Assembly (NCBI GenBank): GCA_973895155.1 | Contig: OZ316893.1 | Coordinates: 1,612,860 to 1,676,859, forward strand | Source of the DNA: Marsupella aquatica | Lineage: Eukaryota; Plantae; Marchantiophyta | Reading direction: 5' to 3' | DNA: 64,000 nucleotides | Part shown: positions 13,512-24,894 of the stretch, in pieces | Position numbering within the stretch: position 1 is the stretch's first letter | How the letters are laid out: the number at the start of each line of letters is the position of its first letter | The notes under the pieces: model-generated | The model's database searches: none | What the model was told of the DNA's origin: nothing | What the model saw: only the letters and a program-made list of their open reading frames with translations | Made by a program: the position numbers and the translations under genes

Positions 13512-13688
13512 GAGGTATTTGCTTGATCAACCCCCCAAATGAAAGTTTTTACTTGATCAACCCCCCTGTCTATCAATGGTCCAGATCTGAGATTGAAAGG
13601 TCCATCAACGGTCCAGATTGGAGAAAAGTATTGAGGGGGTTAATGAAGCAAACTTTTTCCAGAAGGGGGTCTACTAGGCATATCTCTC
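13512..13688. mobile_element. Mutator-type MITE, copy 1
   Basis: GAG...CTC termini with imperfect TIRs (GAGGTATTTGCTTGATCAACCCCC / GGGGGTCTACTAGGCATATCTCTC). Perfect 10-bp TSD CTGGGTTACC at 13502-13511 and 13689-13698. Confidence 0.88.
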
Positions 13689-13713
13689 CTGGGTTACCCT
13701 ACACATTTTACTG

Positions 13714-13888
13714 GAGGTATTTGCTTGATCGACCCCCAAAATGAAACTTGTTACTCGATCAACCCCCTGAGGTCTATGAACGGCCCAGATGTGAGATCGA
13801 AAGGTCCATCAATGGTCCAGATTGGGGAAAAGTATTGAGAGGGTTGAGCAAACTTTTTCCAGAGGGGGGTCTACTAAGCATATCCCTC
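13714..13888. mobile_element. Mutator-type MITE, copy 2
   Basis: Colinear homolog of copy 1. Its own 10-bp TSD is CATTTTACTG (13704-13713) / CATTTTGCTG (13889-13898), with one mismatch. Confidence 0.88.
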
Positions 13889-15686
13889 CATTTTGCTGGT
13901 TGATTAAAAGCTGGCTAATAAAGAGGAGGAGGAGGATGATTGACGCTCAGGCTCCTTTGCTTTCAGTACCCTGATGGTGGCTGCTACAGTAGATGAGCGT
14001 GATTCAGACACGCTCCTTCTGGCATTACAGCAGTTTGGTGCTGAGACTGATGTACTCCTGTAGTAGTGAGAACTGAGAAGTGAGATGACTGGAGTGGGTC
14101 GTTCTGATTCTGGATTGTGATGATGATTTGCGCTTCATTTGGTTCCGGTTCTGGATGTGATGATGATTTGCGCTTCGTTTGGTGAAACTGATGCACTACT
14201 GTAGTGAGGAGTGAGATTACTGTAGTGGGGGTCAGTTTGGTTTTTGAATGTGATGATGATTTGGGATTTGGTTCGACATTCCAGCGAGCCCGATCGGAAG
14301 CTTCGCCATCGCTGGGGTGACTCGGAATTGTAAGTCGAAGCCGATAAATTATTGGGTTCCTGGCTTTCCGCTGCGCGACTGGAGTTTGACCCCATAGATT
14401 CCACCGTTTCGAGGAGAGTAGTAGCACAGTTTTGCTTTGCTGCTCTCATGAGCAGAAGCCAATCGCCCAACGGGAGCAACGGGGACGACTCTATCCCGAC
14501 TTGCAGCTTTCCTCCTCCTCACTGTCGACTCGATTGCGTGATTGCCGGTGCTGGGTTTGGAGAACTCGAGCTCTCTGTCAGACGTTGTCGAAGTCTTTCG
14601 TCGTTTGGTGCAGTGTGAGCAGCGTCTTTGGGAAATGTAGCACAATTTTCCAGTGACGTTCTCTGTCCCACTGAAGTGAAGTGCAGCTCTGTTTCCCGGC
14701 TGTGAGCCTTAGGTGAAGAACTGGACTCCTGTCTTCTTCCTCTCCCTTCTCCATCTTCTACTTTGCGTTGAAACGGCTGACATTTCTTTGCCCGGTTTGC
14801 ATTTTGGAGTTCTGGCCAGGATCGACATTGTTGCTCCGTCGCCTCCTTGTCGTCAAGCTGTGAGCAACCACGGCCACTAGTGTAGTTGAGCTGGCTCGCT
14901 CTCATTGAGCTCCCCCTGGTCGCACTAACGTTGCAGAAACGTCTGCTAGTATTGTGTTTTTGGCACGGTGTCAATGTCAGGCTGAATTCGACACTGCCTT
15001 GTTCGATCGGTCGGTGTCTCGAAATGGGTGTGTCGTTTTCCCTCTCTGAAGTGCTATTGCTGTGCGTCAGCAGCGTCTCTGGAGTAGCCGGCAGTTTGAT
15101 TAGCTCAGGGTGGAAAGGAGGTAGCAAGAACACTGGCAGGATAGTAAGGATTGTTCCTTGTCTTCCTATCTGCGTCGAGTGGAGACGGTAGCATCAGTCG
15201 GTGTTTTTAGCCGTTCTCCTCCCTGCCGCCCTCCGTCCCTTCGTCTGTGCGGTCCGTGTGGCAATGTACAAAGAACTGCTTTGTTTGTTTAAGCGTGACC
15301 TTCTTCTCCATTGTTCAATGCTCTCTGAGTCAGCAACGGCAGAGTCAGTGAGCACGCCGTTATTTCAGAAAACTGCTGTGACGATTGTCGGTCTTCAACC
15401 TACATCCCTGCTTAGATGTCTGGAGATGGGAAGCCGTTCAGATGTGGTGTTCCCTTCTTGCAGAGATAAATTTGACATTGTTAACATTATGGAGATGCCA
15501 TGAGCTCTACACCCCGTCGTTGTCGTAAAGGGCTCTGCGTTGTCGACTGACGTGACTAATAGAAGAAGAATTTGGACGTCAGTAATGCGGTGTTTGTCTT
15601 TAGATATGTTGCTGTCATAGTGCGGTGACGGAGTGGAGTTTCACGAGTGTGTTTGACATGAGGTTGGATCGGTTTGCAGGGTAGCC

Positions 15687-18600
15687 ATGTTGAAAGAAAA
15701 CCAGCTGAAACCGACCTACTTTGGCCTAGACAAGAAGATAAAGGTCGCTCCTCTCGCACTTATCGTTGCTGCACTATGCTTGATATCATTCTATTTGGGA
15801 GGAGCGTTGAAATCAGAAGAAGGCCGAGTACTGGTGGAGACTTTCGATAGCGCGGAAGGGAGCTTGAGAGCAGGCTGCGCACCAATTGTAAAGCAAGGTC
15901 CTTTTAAGGAGTGCAACCTCACCTTGCAAGATTACACTCCTTGCACAGACCCTGTGGTAATGACTGACACCAACTTGTGCTAACTAGAGGTCGTTACCTC
16001 GTTTCAGTTTCTCAAAGGACTTTGGATGAGGTAGAAAGGTCGTCCCAATTGCAGAGGAGCTGGCACTGAATCATCCGTTACGATTTGGTGCCTAAAAGAG
16101 AATTTCAAGAACAGAATATTGATTGCTACTTAATGTGGCATCCTGTCTGCCTAGTAAGCTAGGATCTGTCTTTTCTGGATAACTTTCAGCTCGAGAACCA
16201 CAGCAGCTTTGGGAGATGGCCGATTGGCCAACGTCGTTCCGTCTCTTTGTGGGGAAAATAATTTTGCTCTCATAAGAGAGTTGGGGTATGCTGCCGTTGG
16301 ATTTGACGCGGGATTTGTTGCTCCACTTTGTTCTCAGAGATGGAGGAAATTTGACAAGCAACGAATGGCATTCCGGGAGAGACATTGTCCCCCTAGGTCA
16401 GAGAGATTGGAGTGCCTCATACCGCCACCAGAGGGTTACAAGCCGACCATCCAGTGGCCAAAAAGCTATGACGAGTGTTGGTACAAGTATGTTAGAAACC
16501 TTAATATTCCCTTATCTTCGCCTGTCAAGATTGTGAATGCGTTCATGTTGAGGGTAGTTTCTTGAAAATTGAAGGGTCCGATCTTCTCAATTGCAGAAAT
16601 GTTCCTTATGACTGGATCAACACCGAAAAGGCCAACCAGAATTGGTTGAAAAAGAAGGATGACAAGTTCCTTTTTCCCGGAGGTGGAACTATGTTTCCTA
16701 ACGGTGTGGGAAAGTATAATGACCACATGGAGGAGCTCATCCCGGGAATGAAGGACGGTACCATCAGAACTGCCCTCGACACTGGATGCGGGGTAAGAAT
16801 GTTAGAAAGACTTCCTTGGGGAGTATTTTTTGACCGACAGTCTGGGTTCCTTTTGAGGATTATAAATGTTAGCTTGAGATTCAATTGCCAAAGTAGCCAA
16901 ATAAGTTGGACCGTTGCCATTGCATCCATCGTGTCACCCGGTGTGCAATGCATTCGTAGAGTGATGAAGTCCAGCATTCTCAACTCAGCTCAGTCGTAAA
17001 TAACGCTTTGTCTAGCTCTGCTTGTAGCTATGTTCTCATAGTTATCATCTACACGGCGGGTATTCTCTATGCGATGAACCATGATGGGCTAATTCTGTTG
17101 TGAACGTTTTTGTAGGTGGCCAGCTGGGGAGGCGACCTTCTTGGTCGTGATATACTTACTATGTCTCTTGCACCACGTGACAACCACGAAGCACAGGTGC
17201 AATTTGCTTTGGAAAGAGGCATCCCAGCAATTCTCGGAATTATCTCCACCCAACGTCTGCCATACCCAGCTCACTCATTCGACTTGGCTCATTGTTCACG
17301 CTGCTTGATCCCCTGGACGGACTTTGGTAAGACACAATACTATTTTGCCTCATCAATCGGTGAATCAGATTCTGGTATGAAAGAATACCCCAAAATGGGC
17401 CTCCCGAGTGCGTTCGAGGTTGTGAGATGCTTGGACTCCGAGGATCGTATACATTCTGTTGATCTCGGTGCTGATCAACTTCTTTGTGATTTATTTTTGG
17501 ACAGGTGGAGTCTACCTGCTTGAAGTGGACCGTGTTCTGCGGCCCGGAGGATTCTGGGTCCTGTCCGGGCCACCAGTCAACTATGAGGTCCATTGGAAGG
17601 GGTGGGAGTCCACTGAGAAGAAAGAGAAAGCTGACCTTGATGCCATTCAAGATTTATTGGACAAAATGTGCTACAAAAAGTATGCTGCCAAGGATGACCT
17701 GGCTGTGTGGCGGAAACCCCTGGACAACTCCTGCTACGAGGATCGCGAAGCTGGGATTTATCCACCAGTATGTGATGACGCTATCGAGGCAGATGCTTCG
17801 TGGTATGATTCTGGCAAATAATTTTTTCAGTCAGCTGTCATGGATCAGTGAAGTACTGCTGACTGGAAGAACATGTTTATTGTGAAGTACTGTAGTCAAT
17901 TCGAGGAAGCCCTGGAAATTCTTGTTTCTTGTCAATATTTTGACAGTACTGAATAATAAGTCGATGCACTGTCATTCAACTCACCTTCAGGGTACACGTA
18001 GAGCTGAAGAATCGTCTAGTGTTAGCCTGATAACCCGAGATTGATCAAAGCTTATTTTGGTGGAGTTGTCGACTGCGATTTCTGTCGGCTTGATTTCTAT
18101 TGGAAGATGCAAGTTATTACCGCTGCATGATAGTTATTACCGATGATTAAGTTTGTTTCGTGGTGGCTCTGAATCTACAGGTATGTGCCCATGCGACCCT
18201 GCATTGTCCCTGTGCAAAAAGATATGGAACAGAATGCTGTTGGCGTAGTACCGGCATGGCCAGCAAGACTCGCAGAGGCCCCTAAGAGACTCAGGCTTAT
18301 CCAAGGAGGCAGTACAGGCGGCTTCAACCAAGACACTAAACTGTGGAAGGAACGAGTCGAGCATTACAAGACAGTACTCCCGGAGTTGGGCAGTGAAAAG
18401 ATTAGAAATATCATGGATGTGAACACTTTGTACGGGAGTTTTGCAGCGGCTTTGGTCGAAGATTCCGTTTGGGTGATGAACGTGGTTTCCTCTTACGCAA
18501 CAAATACCCTTGGAGTAATTTATGATCGGGGTTTGATTGGAACTTACCAGGATTGGTAGGTTATCGTTTCCCCTCTGAAGTATTCCAAAGTGAAGTGGAT

Positions 18601-19326
18601 GGTATCAAACGAATTTTTCTACTGTGTTAGAATTGAGGACCCTGATGTGAGTCGGTGGAGTTGCGTGGCCTCGCTAACCTTGTAGAATTATGCAGGATAG
18701 GAATGGAAGGGATACCCAGTGTAGAATTTGGCCTGATTCCTTATCGAATCTTGCTGAGTCGTTGGTGCTTCATTTTAAATTGAAGCTGTCCCGAAACCCT
18801 TTCATATGTACTATGTTATGATCTCCTCTCAGAGTTTCACCTGTAATTTTATTCGATTACTTTGTCGTCTTTATGAACCTGACAGAGCTGATTGTCGTTT
18901 CAGGTGTGAAGCATTCTCGACTTATCCAAGAACATATGATTTTCTTCATATAGCTGGCCTTTTCACCGCCGAGAGCCACAGGTAGTTTGTAACAAGTTGC
19001 TGGATGCAATTGCTTCAAACAAATTGTTTGCATGTCTGACAATTCTTTTAGCGTGACAGCTTACGTTGGGCTTGGTGGTCGTGATTTTCAGATGTGAGAT
19101 GAAATACGTAATGCTGGAGTTCGACCGTATATTGCGACCTAAGGGTCATGTGATTATTCGGGATACACCTTACTTTTTGGAGACTGCAAATGTGATCGCC
19201 AAGGCGATGAGATGGAAATGTGTGCGGCAGGAGACAGAAAAGGGTTCATCCGATCCAGAAAGTTTACTTGTTTGCAGGAAGTCATTGTGGGTCTCCTCAG
19301 AAACCCCGGAGATTCTCGAGTCGTAG
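15687..19326 (+). CDS. Probable SAM-dependent methyltransferase, PMT/DUF248 family, ERD3/PMT20-21-like subclade (8 coding exons)
   Basis: Exons 15687-15956, 16338-16486, 16597-16792, 17116-17326, 17505-17802, 18181-18555, 18904-18981, 19092-19326. N-terminal TM anchor, [87 protein letters not shown] and [22 protein letters not shown] 5'UTR intron acceptor lies at 15678-15679. Confidence 0.95.
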
Positions 19327-21415
19327 CTGAAAGTTTCTTTAGGTTTAAAGTCCCCAAGATTTTTAGTCAAAAATTGTTAGCGTAGTTGGAAAGGTAAACC
19401 ACCCCAAATCTTGCCAACGTTTAGTTTGGGCTAAACAACTCCAGCAAGCCTTGAATCTTGGTCGCCAGGTCTTTCAGTAGGTGAACTCGGAGCAGCAGGG
19501 AATCTTGAGCCTGGATATTAGGAATTTCATAACATGGTCTACCGGTTTCCGTCTTTCGTTGTCCTCATATCCTGGGGAAATTCATTTTTTAGAGGACCCT
19601 GAAATTGTTTATTGAAGGAAGATGATCTGTACCAGGAACTTCAAAAGTTCTCACCAGTTATCGTACTAGTAAATCTACTTATGATTGAGTTTCAAGGATT
19701 CAGAGCCCATATTTTTCGCCCTCCTTTGGTTACGTCTCGCCTTTGGATTGTCGTAAACCACGTTTTCTTGTTTCCACATAATCTTGACACAATCGGATGT
19801 GAAATATTTTTAAGACACTAGATCGACTGTTCCTGGAGCCTTGGGTTCTCAAGTTTTCAATTCTTTGTATGGATACAGAAGGCTTTCATGAGGCTCTCAG
19901 ATCAAGTCTTTCTTGGTAAATGCATGAGTGACAAACAATTCTTGGGACACTTCGAAGGAGCAACGTTCCACCGAGGCGTCCGTCCCTCTGTGGTCGTGGA
20001 GAAGCACCCACTCTTTGTCACAAGGCCCACGCAACTCAGCTGTGAGCATTGTGCGTTTCTGCCGTAGTGCCTGCGACTTCAACTACGGTCTAGGAGGGAA
20101 AGGGCCCTTCGGTTTGATTGAGCTTCTTTCGCAGATCAAGCCTTCAGCCAGACCAAGGGCCCAGTTATCGTTGTATGTCCGCTCCTACCTCTAATGTGCC
20201 CAAAATTAACTTAGATTACTGTTTTGATTTTCTGGTTTGGAATTAGAACATAATCGTGGGTTCGCTATTAGACAGACGGTTACGGTGCGCAGTATGCTGA
20301 ATGTTTCCCAACATGTCACTAATGATTACTGGACGACGCATTGTCGTGGCATGAACAACAAATTTTCAAGCTCTCTACGCTCACGAATGTACATCCCCAA
20401 CTGCCCTAGAGTCGTTCGACCTCACACAGGATGAAGTGTGGCTCTCGCTATACTTAACACTGTCTGGCTCCACATTGTTTTCAGAGTACGTTTTTTGGTC
20501 TGCCAAACATTTTCCAGAATTTGGCGACACAACTTTCAATCTTGATGCAAACATCTGAAGTTTAATTCAATTTTTTTGGCCAATGCACCTTTTCTCTTGG
20601 GAAACTATAGCACTTTGGGTAACTACGCTCCTATTTTAATTTCAGTTTCTGCAAAACGTAGACAAGCAATACAAAAATGGGCACATCCCAGAGGAACATT
20701 AAAACCTCCAGGTTGTTTTCGGATCCCTGATATGTATATCCAAAGAACTTGGACACAACTGCGCCATCCCTACAGAAACTAAAGCCGACGGATGCAAAGA
20801 GACGGTGTTCAAATAAAGAGGCGGCGTTGCAGAAGCTGGGATGAGTTGGCAATTAGATTACCAGACGGGATCTGAAGGCCAAAAGCTTCCCGTGGGTTGG
20901 ATTCTGGATACACTTGTTCATATGGTTCAATTGACTCAGACCTTCAGACGTTTGAGCGCGTATAGTTCCATCCCCCAGTAATTGTAGTCCCTTCAATTCA
21001 GAGATCGTCATTTCTTGTGCTATCCCAAATATGCTTTTCAACTGTCTACTAATATCGAAGTTAGTCGCCAGTTGAAACAACCGCTCGCGCAGGGAGTCTT
21101 TCGTTACACCTAGCAAGTAGCCATAGATATAGAACTTGAACGACTTTTCCCTCTCTGCTCCTCCCTGTGAATATCTCTACTCGCCTCCAAAAATTAGGGG
21201 TGAGTTCGAATGGAACGAAACCGAGCCATAGCGTGAGTGGCGCATATTAAATACAATTCAGAATTACCCTACTGACATGACGACAGCCGAAGGGCTTCTA
21301 CTAGGGAAAAATGAGGCTTCTAAAGAAACTCACGGAGAAATAGCACTGTTTCAATACCTATATAAGTTGTGGGAGCTTCTAAATAAACTTAGGTACGTCG
21401 AGCTATCATGTCCTG

Positions 21416-24400
21416 TTAGTCCGACTTATTTGGCTGAGGGACACCCTCCTCTGCAGTCCAGTAAGTTTTCACAGCCAGCAAAATTTTGTCCTTCACAAAA
21501 GGACCATCCTCATGGTCATACATTTTGGTTTCCCACCTCATGCCGGCAGCAATCCTGCTAACTTTGTTCAAGACGTCTACTTCATCTCGAATGATAACTA
21601 CCCCCTCAGGTCGCAAGATTCGGTCTATTTCTAGCAGAATAGAAGTGATATCACACCTGCACAGCCAGTTCGAGATGGATGAATAGATAGCGCAAAAGTT
21701 TAGCGCTCTGCAAACTGACAGACGAAACCACATCTCATATTGCCACCTGTAGACCTCACGTAGATTAACGAGTTTACTCTTCAGCATGAGCTGATACCAA
21801 TGCTACGTAGCTCATAACTTAATATGCACCTAAGACAATCGTTTTCGCTAAATTCCAAGTATCAACTTCAGCAATTTCGCCAGTTTCTTAAATGGCTAGA
21901 AATGACAGAAGTAACCATCAGATTCCCAGCAAGAATACAAAACCAGTCCGAAAATAATGGTTCGTTTGACTGCTTCAATAACGAGCAGTGACAATTGTGC
22001 GCAGATCTGACAATCAATCACATTTGGTACCCTCGAAAGTATACACAATGCCCAAAAGAGACATACTTGTCTTGGTACATGCTGAAGAGGTCACTGGCAT
22101 GGACAAGGTCGTAAGTTCTGGGATAAGTTGAAAAAGCTTCACACCTGCGCCAGAGAGCCAGAGCATGCGCATACACAAAGGGTAAGACTAGAATTCTACA
22201 AATGAATATGGCAAAGATCTAGTACTCCAGTGTATGATTTCAGCACGACAACCAGGTAGTCGCGAACCGCTGACCCCTACACCCGGCTGACGGAGGATGG
22301 CAAAGAAAAATTGAGGAAAAAACCATGTACAAAATCAAGGGAAGAGTTCAGAAGAGAACACAGTGGCTGTGCCTTCACTCGCAGATCGTATGATTCCGTC
22401 ACAGAACGAAACCAAGGAAATACACTGGAAGAAATTTTTGACTACACAAAGATCCAAAAGCCACAGCCAACGTTTCTGCGATATCCGACCTACGGTTACT
22501 TCTCCCTTGAGACCAACAGAAACTATAGGTACTGCCAGCAGACTGAACAGAAAGTCCACCGGAAACATACCACCACTTTATCTCCGAGCGAGAACTATTA
22601 GGTGGAGCCATCGAAGTAAATAGGGAACGACGTACCAGTCCTGATAACTTCCAATCAACCCTCTTTCATAAATGACACCCAAGGTATTCTGCGCTGAATC
22701 AGGAGGGACGGCATTCATCACCCAAGTGGGATCGAAAGCAAGCGCAGCAGCAAATCCTCCAAGGCCTGCATTCATGTCCATTATGTTTCGATATTTTCCT
22801 TGCTTCAGAGGAGCGATGAAGTTCTTGTAGTGTGCAACTCTATTCGCCCACTGTTCTGTATCTTCACGATATGTTGCTTCTGTGACGCCTGGGATGGACC
22901 CAGTTAGAATCCTTGGGGGAACAGCTGTGAGACGAGCCGGCCATTTCGCAAGAGGACCACCTGCAGCAATTTCCTTGGAATCTTTTACATCTGGAAGAGG
23001 TGTGATGCAGGTCTCCACATCATGATACCTGCCAGGGAAAGACTAAAAGCTCAGCGATTTACATTACCCCTGTGGTATTGCATACATACGATATAAATAG
23101 ATTCATAGCTTTAGCTAGACACCGTTCCTAAAAATAACGAACTACCTGTCTCCATCCATCTAAGCCCGATCGTGCGTGTTTCTAAAGTCATTCGATGAAC
23201 AGACAAGCTGTAGCTGTTTTTCTCTGCTGCTTACCAAACATTGTCAGGGTTCTCCCCTGAGCAGATATGAGGTAAAGGATATTGTTTCCTGGTCTTTCTG
23301 CACTGAACATGATTGAAGGGCTTCTGCCAGATCGCCAGGTCTCCCTTTTCAACTATCTTCTTCCAACAAAGAAGTCTAGCGAGATCCTCAATTCCTTCCT
23401 GTTCATCATTGAGATCGGTTTGGTTCCTTTGCCACCCTTTATAGTGGGTTTTCCAATTGATTGGTGGGCCCGACAATATCCAGTACCCACCAGGCCTCAG
23501 TACCCGATCAACCTCGATCAGGTTGCTGCCATCTGAAGAAATAAGAACACGAGCTTGTAAGTGTGAAGAAATCACCAATTTGTCATCCGACGAGAGATAT
23601 AGACAGCCAGAATAATCTGAAAAGAACTATCACTCACTGTAAGCTGTCCATGGAATCAAGCATCGAGAGCAGTGGGCCATGTCGAAAGCCCGGGCAGGAT
23701 ACGGAAGGCGTTTTGAAGCCATGACTCCAATCATTGCTGGAATTCCGCGCTCCAAAGCGAATTGCACTTGCGCCTCATGAGAGTCTCTGGGCGCAAAGGA
23801 CATTGCCAGAACATTCCTGCTCAACAAATATCCACCCCAGCTCGCGACCTACACATGATTCAGAAGAGATGCCTCAGCATCAGAGTAATCTACCTTGCTC
23901 CTTCATAAATACTTATGGAAAACTTATCGCCAAACGATAGATATTTCCTAGTAATCATGTTCCAAGTTATTATGCGGGCTGCTGTTGTCCAAGCACCACA
24001 TCGTTATAAATTCCCGCTAGAGGCGCTCACGCTGTTAAAACTAGATTTTGCAAAGTCCAAATCTGCTTCAATGCTGGTCAAGACGAATGCAACTCCGACA
24101 AGAACAAATAAAATCCTGACCCCGTTCCAGAATTCAGGACTAAAGTAAGCGAATGTAGTAATCATCCGTGTGAAGTGTTGAGTGACAGTGCAGACACATG
24201 TCACAGGAACTCTTACCCCACAGCCAGTATCCAGAGCAGTTCGAATTGAGCCATCCTTCAGAGGAATGAGGGCATTTATATTATCGATGTAGGCACCTGC
24301 ACCTTTGGGAAACATGGTGCCACCTCCTGGGAAGTGGAACTTGTCTCCTTCGTACTGAATCCAGTTTTGAATAGCTTTCTCCACGGTTAGTTCTTTGTGG

Positions 24401-24894
24401 GGCACGTTGACAAACCAAGCCCAGTCACGGCTCCTCGGCCAAGGCAGAGGATTGGTATACTTCGGTGGTGCCGGAATGAGGCATTCGAGGAGCTCGTCCG
24501 TGCTTGGGCAATGCCTTTCTCTGTAGATGAGACGATCCCGTGGGAATTTGAGGGATCGCTGTGTCAATTGCGTGTCTTCACATGGCGTGTACTCGCTATA
24601 CTTGATGTCACAAGGTTCAAAGATTTTGACACCCGTGGAGACGTCCTCAGTAGAACTATGGTGTGCGGAGAAATCCAGAGATTTGGAGCAGGCCCCGAGC
24701 TCAGCGGTAGGGTCAGCCTCTTCCTTGACCTTGCTAAAGGACGCCCGGGAAGCATAGTCAGTTGATTGCCAGGATCCCAACATGTAGAACATTCCACAGA
24801 GAAGCGCAGTCCCGAGAATCCATGAGGCTTTGAACCTTCTCCCGTCGAAGGGCTGCAGATGAATTTTTGGCGACCCTGGCTTCTCCTTCCCCAT
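21416..24894 (-). CDS. Probable SAM-dependent methyltransferase, PMT/DUF248 family, PMT2/14-18-like subclade (6 coding exons)
   Basis: Exons 24894-24217, 23848-23638, 23532-23235, 23028-22636, 22144-22067, 21656-21416. Motifs [101 protein letters not shown] and DHEDGP...[10 protein letters not shown]. The ATG is preceded by a TGCAG acceptor (5'UTR intron). Confidence 0.95.

Noticed and set aside
13984-15503. Cluster of 75-204 aa ORFs upstream of the plus-strand PMT
   Set aside because: Low-complexity short repeats (GATGATGATTTG) and GC-rich promoter/5'UTR-like sequence. No protein family signal.
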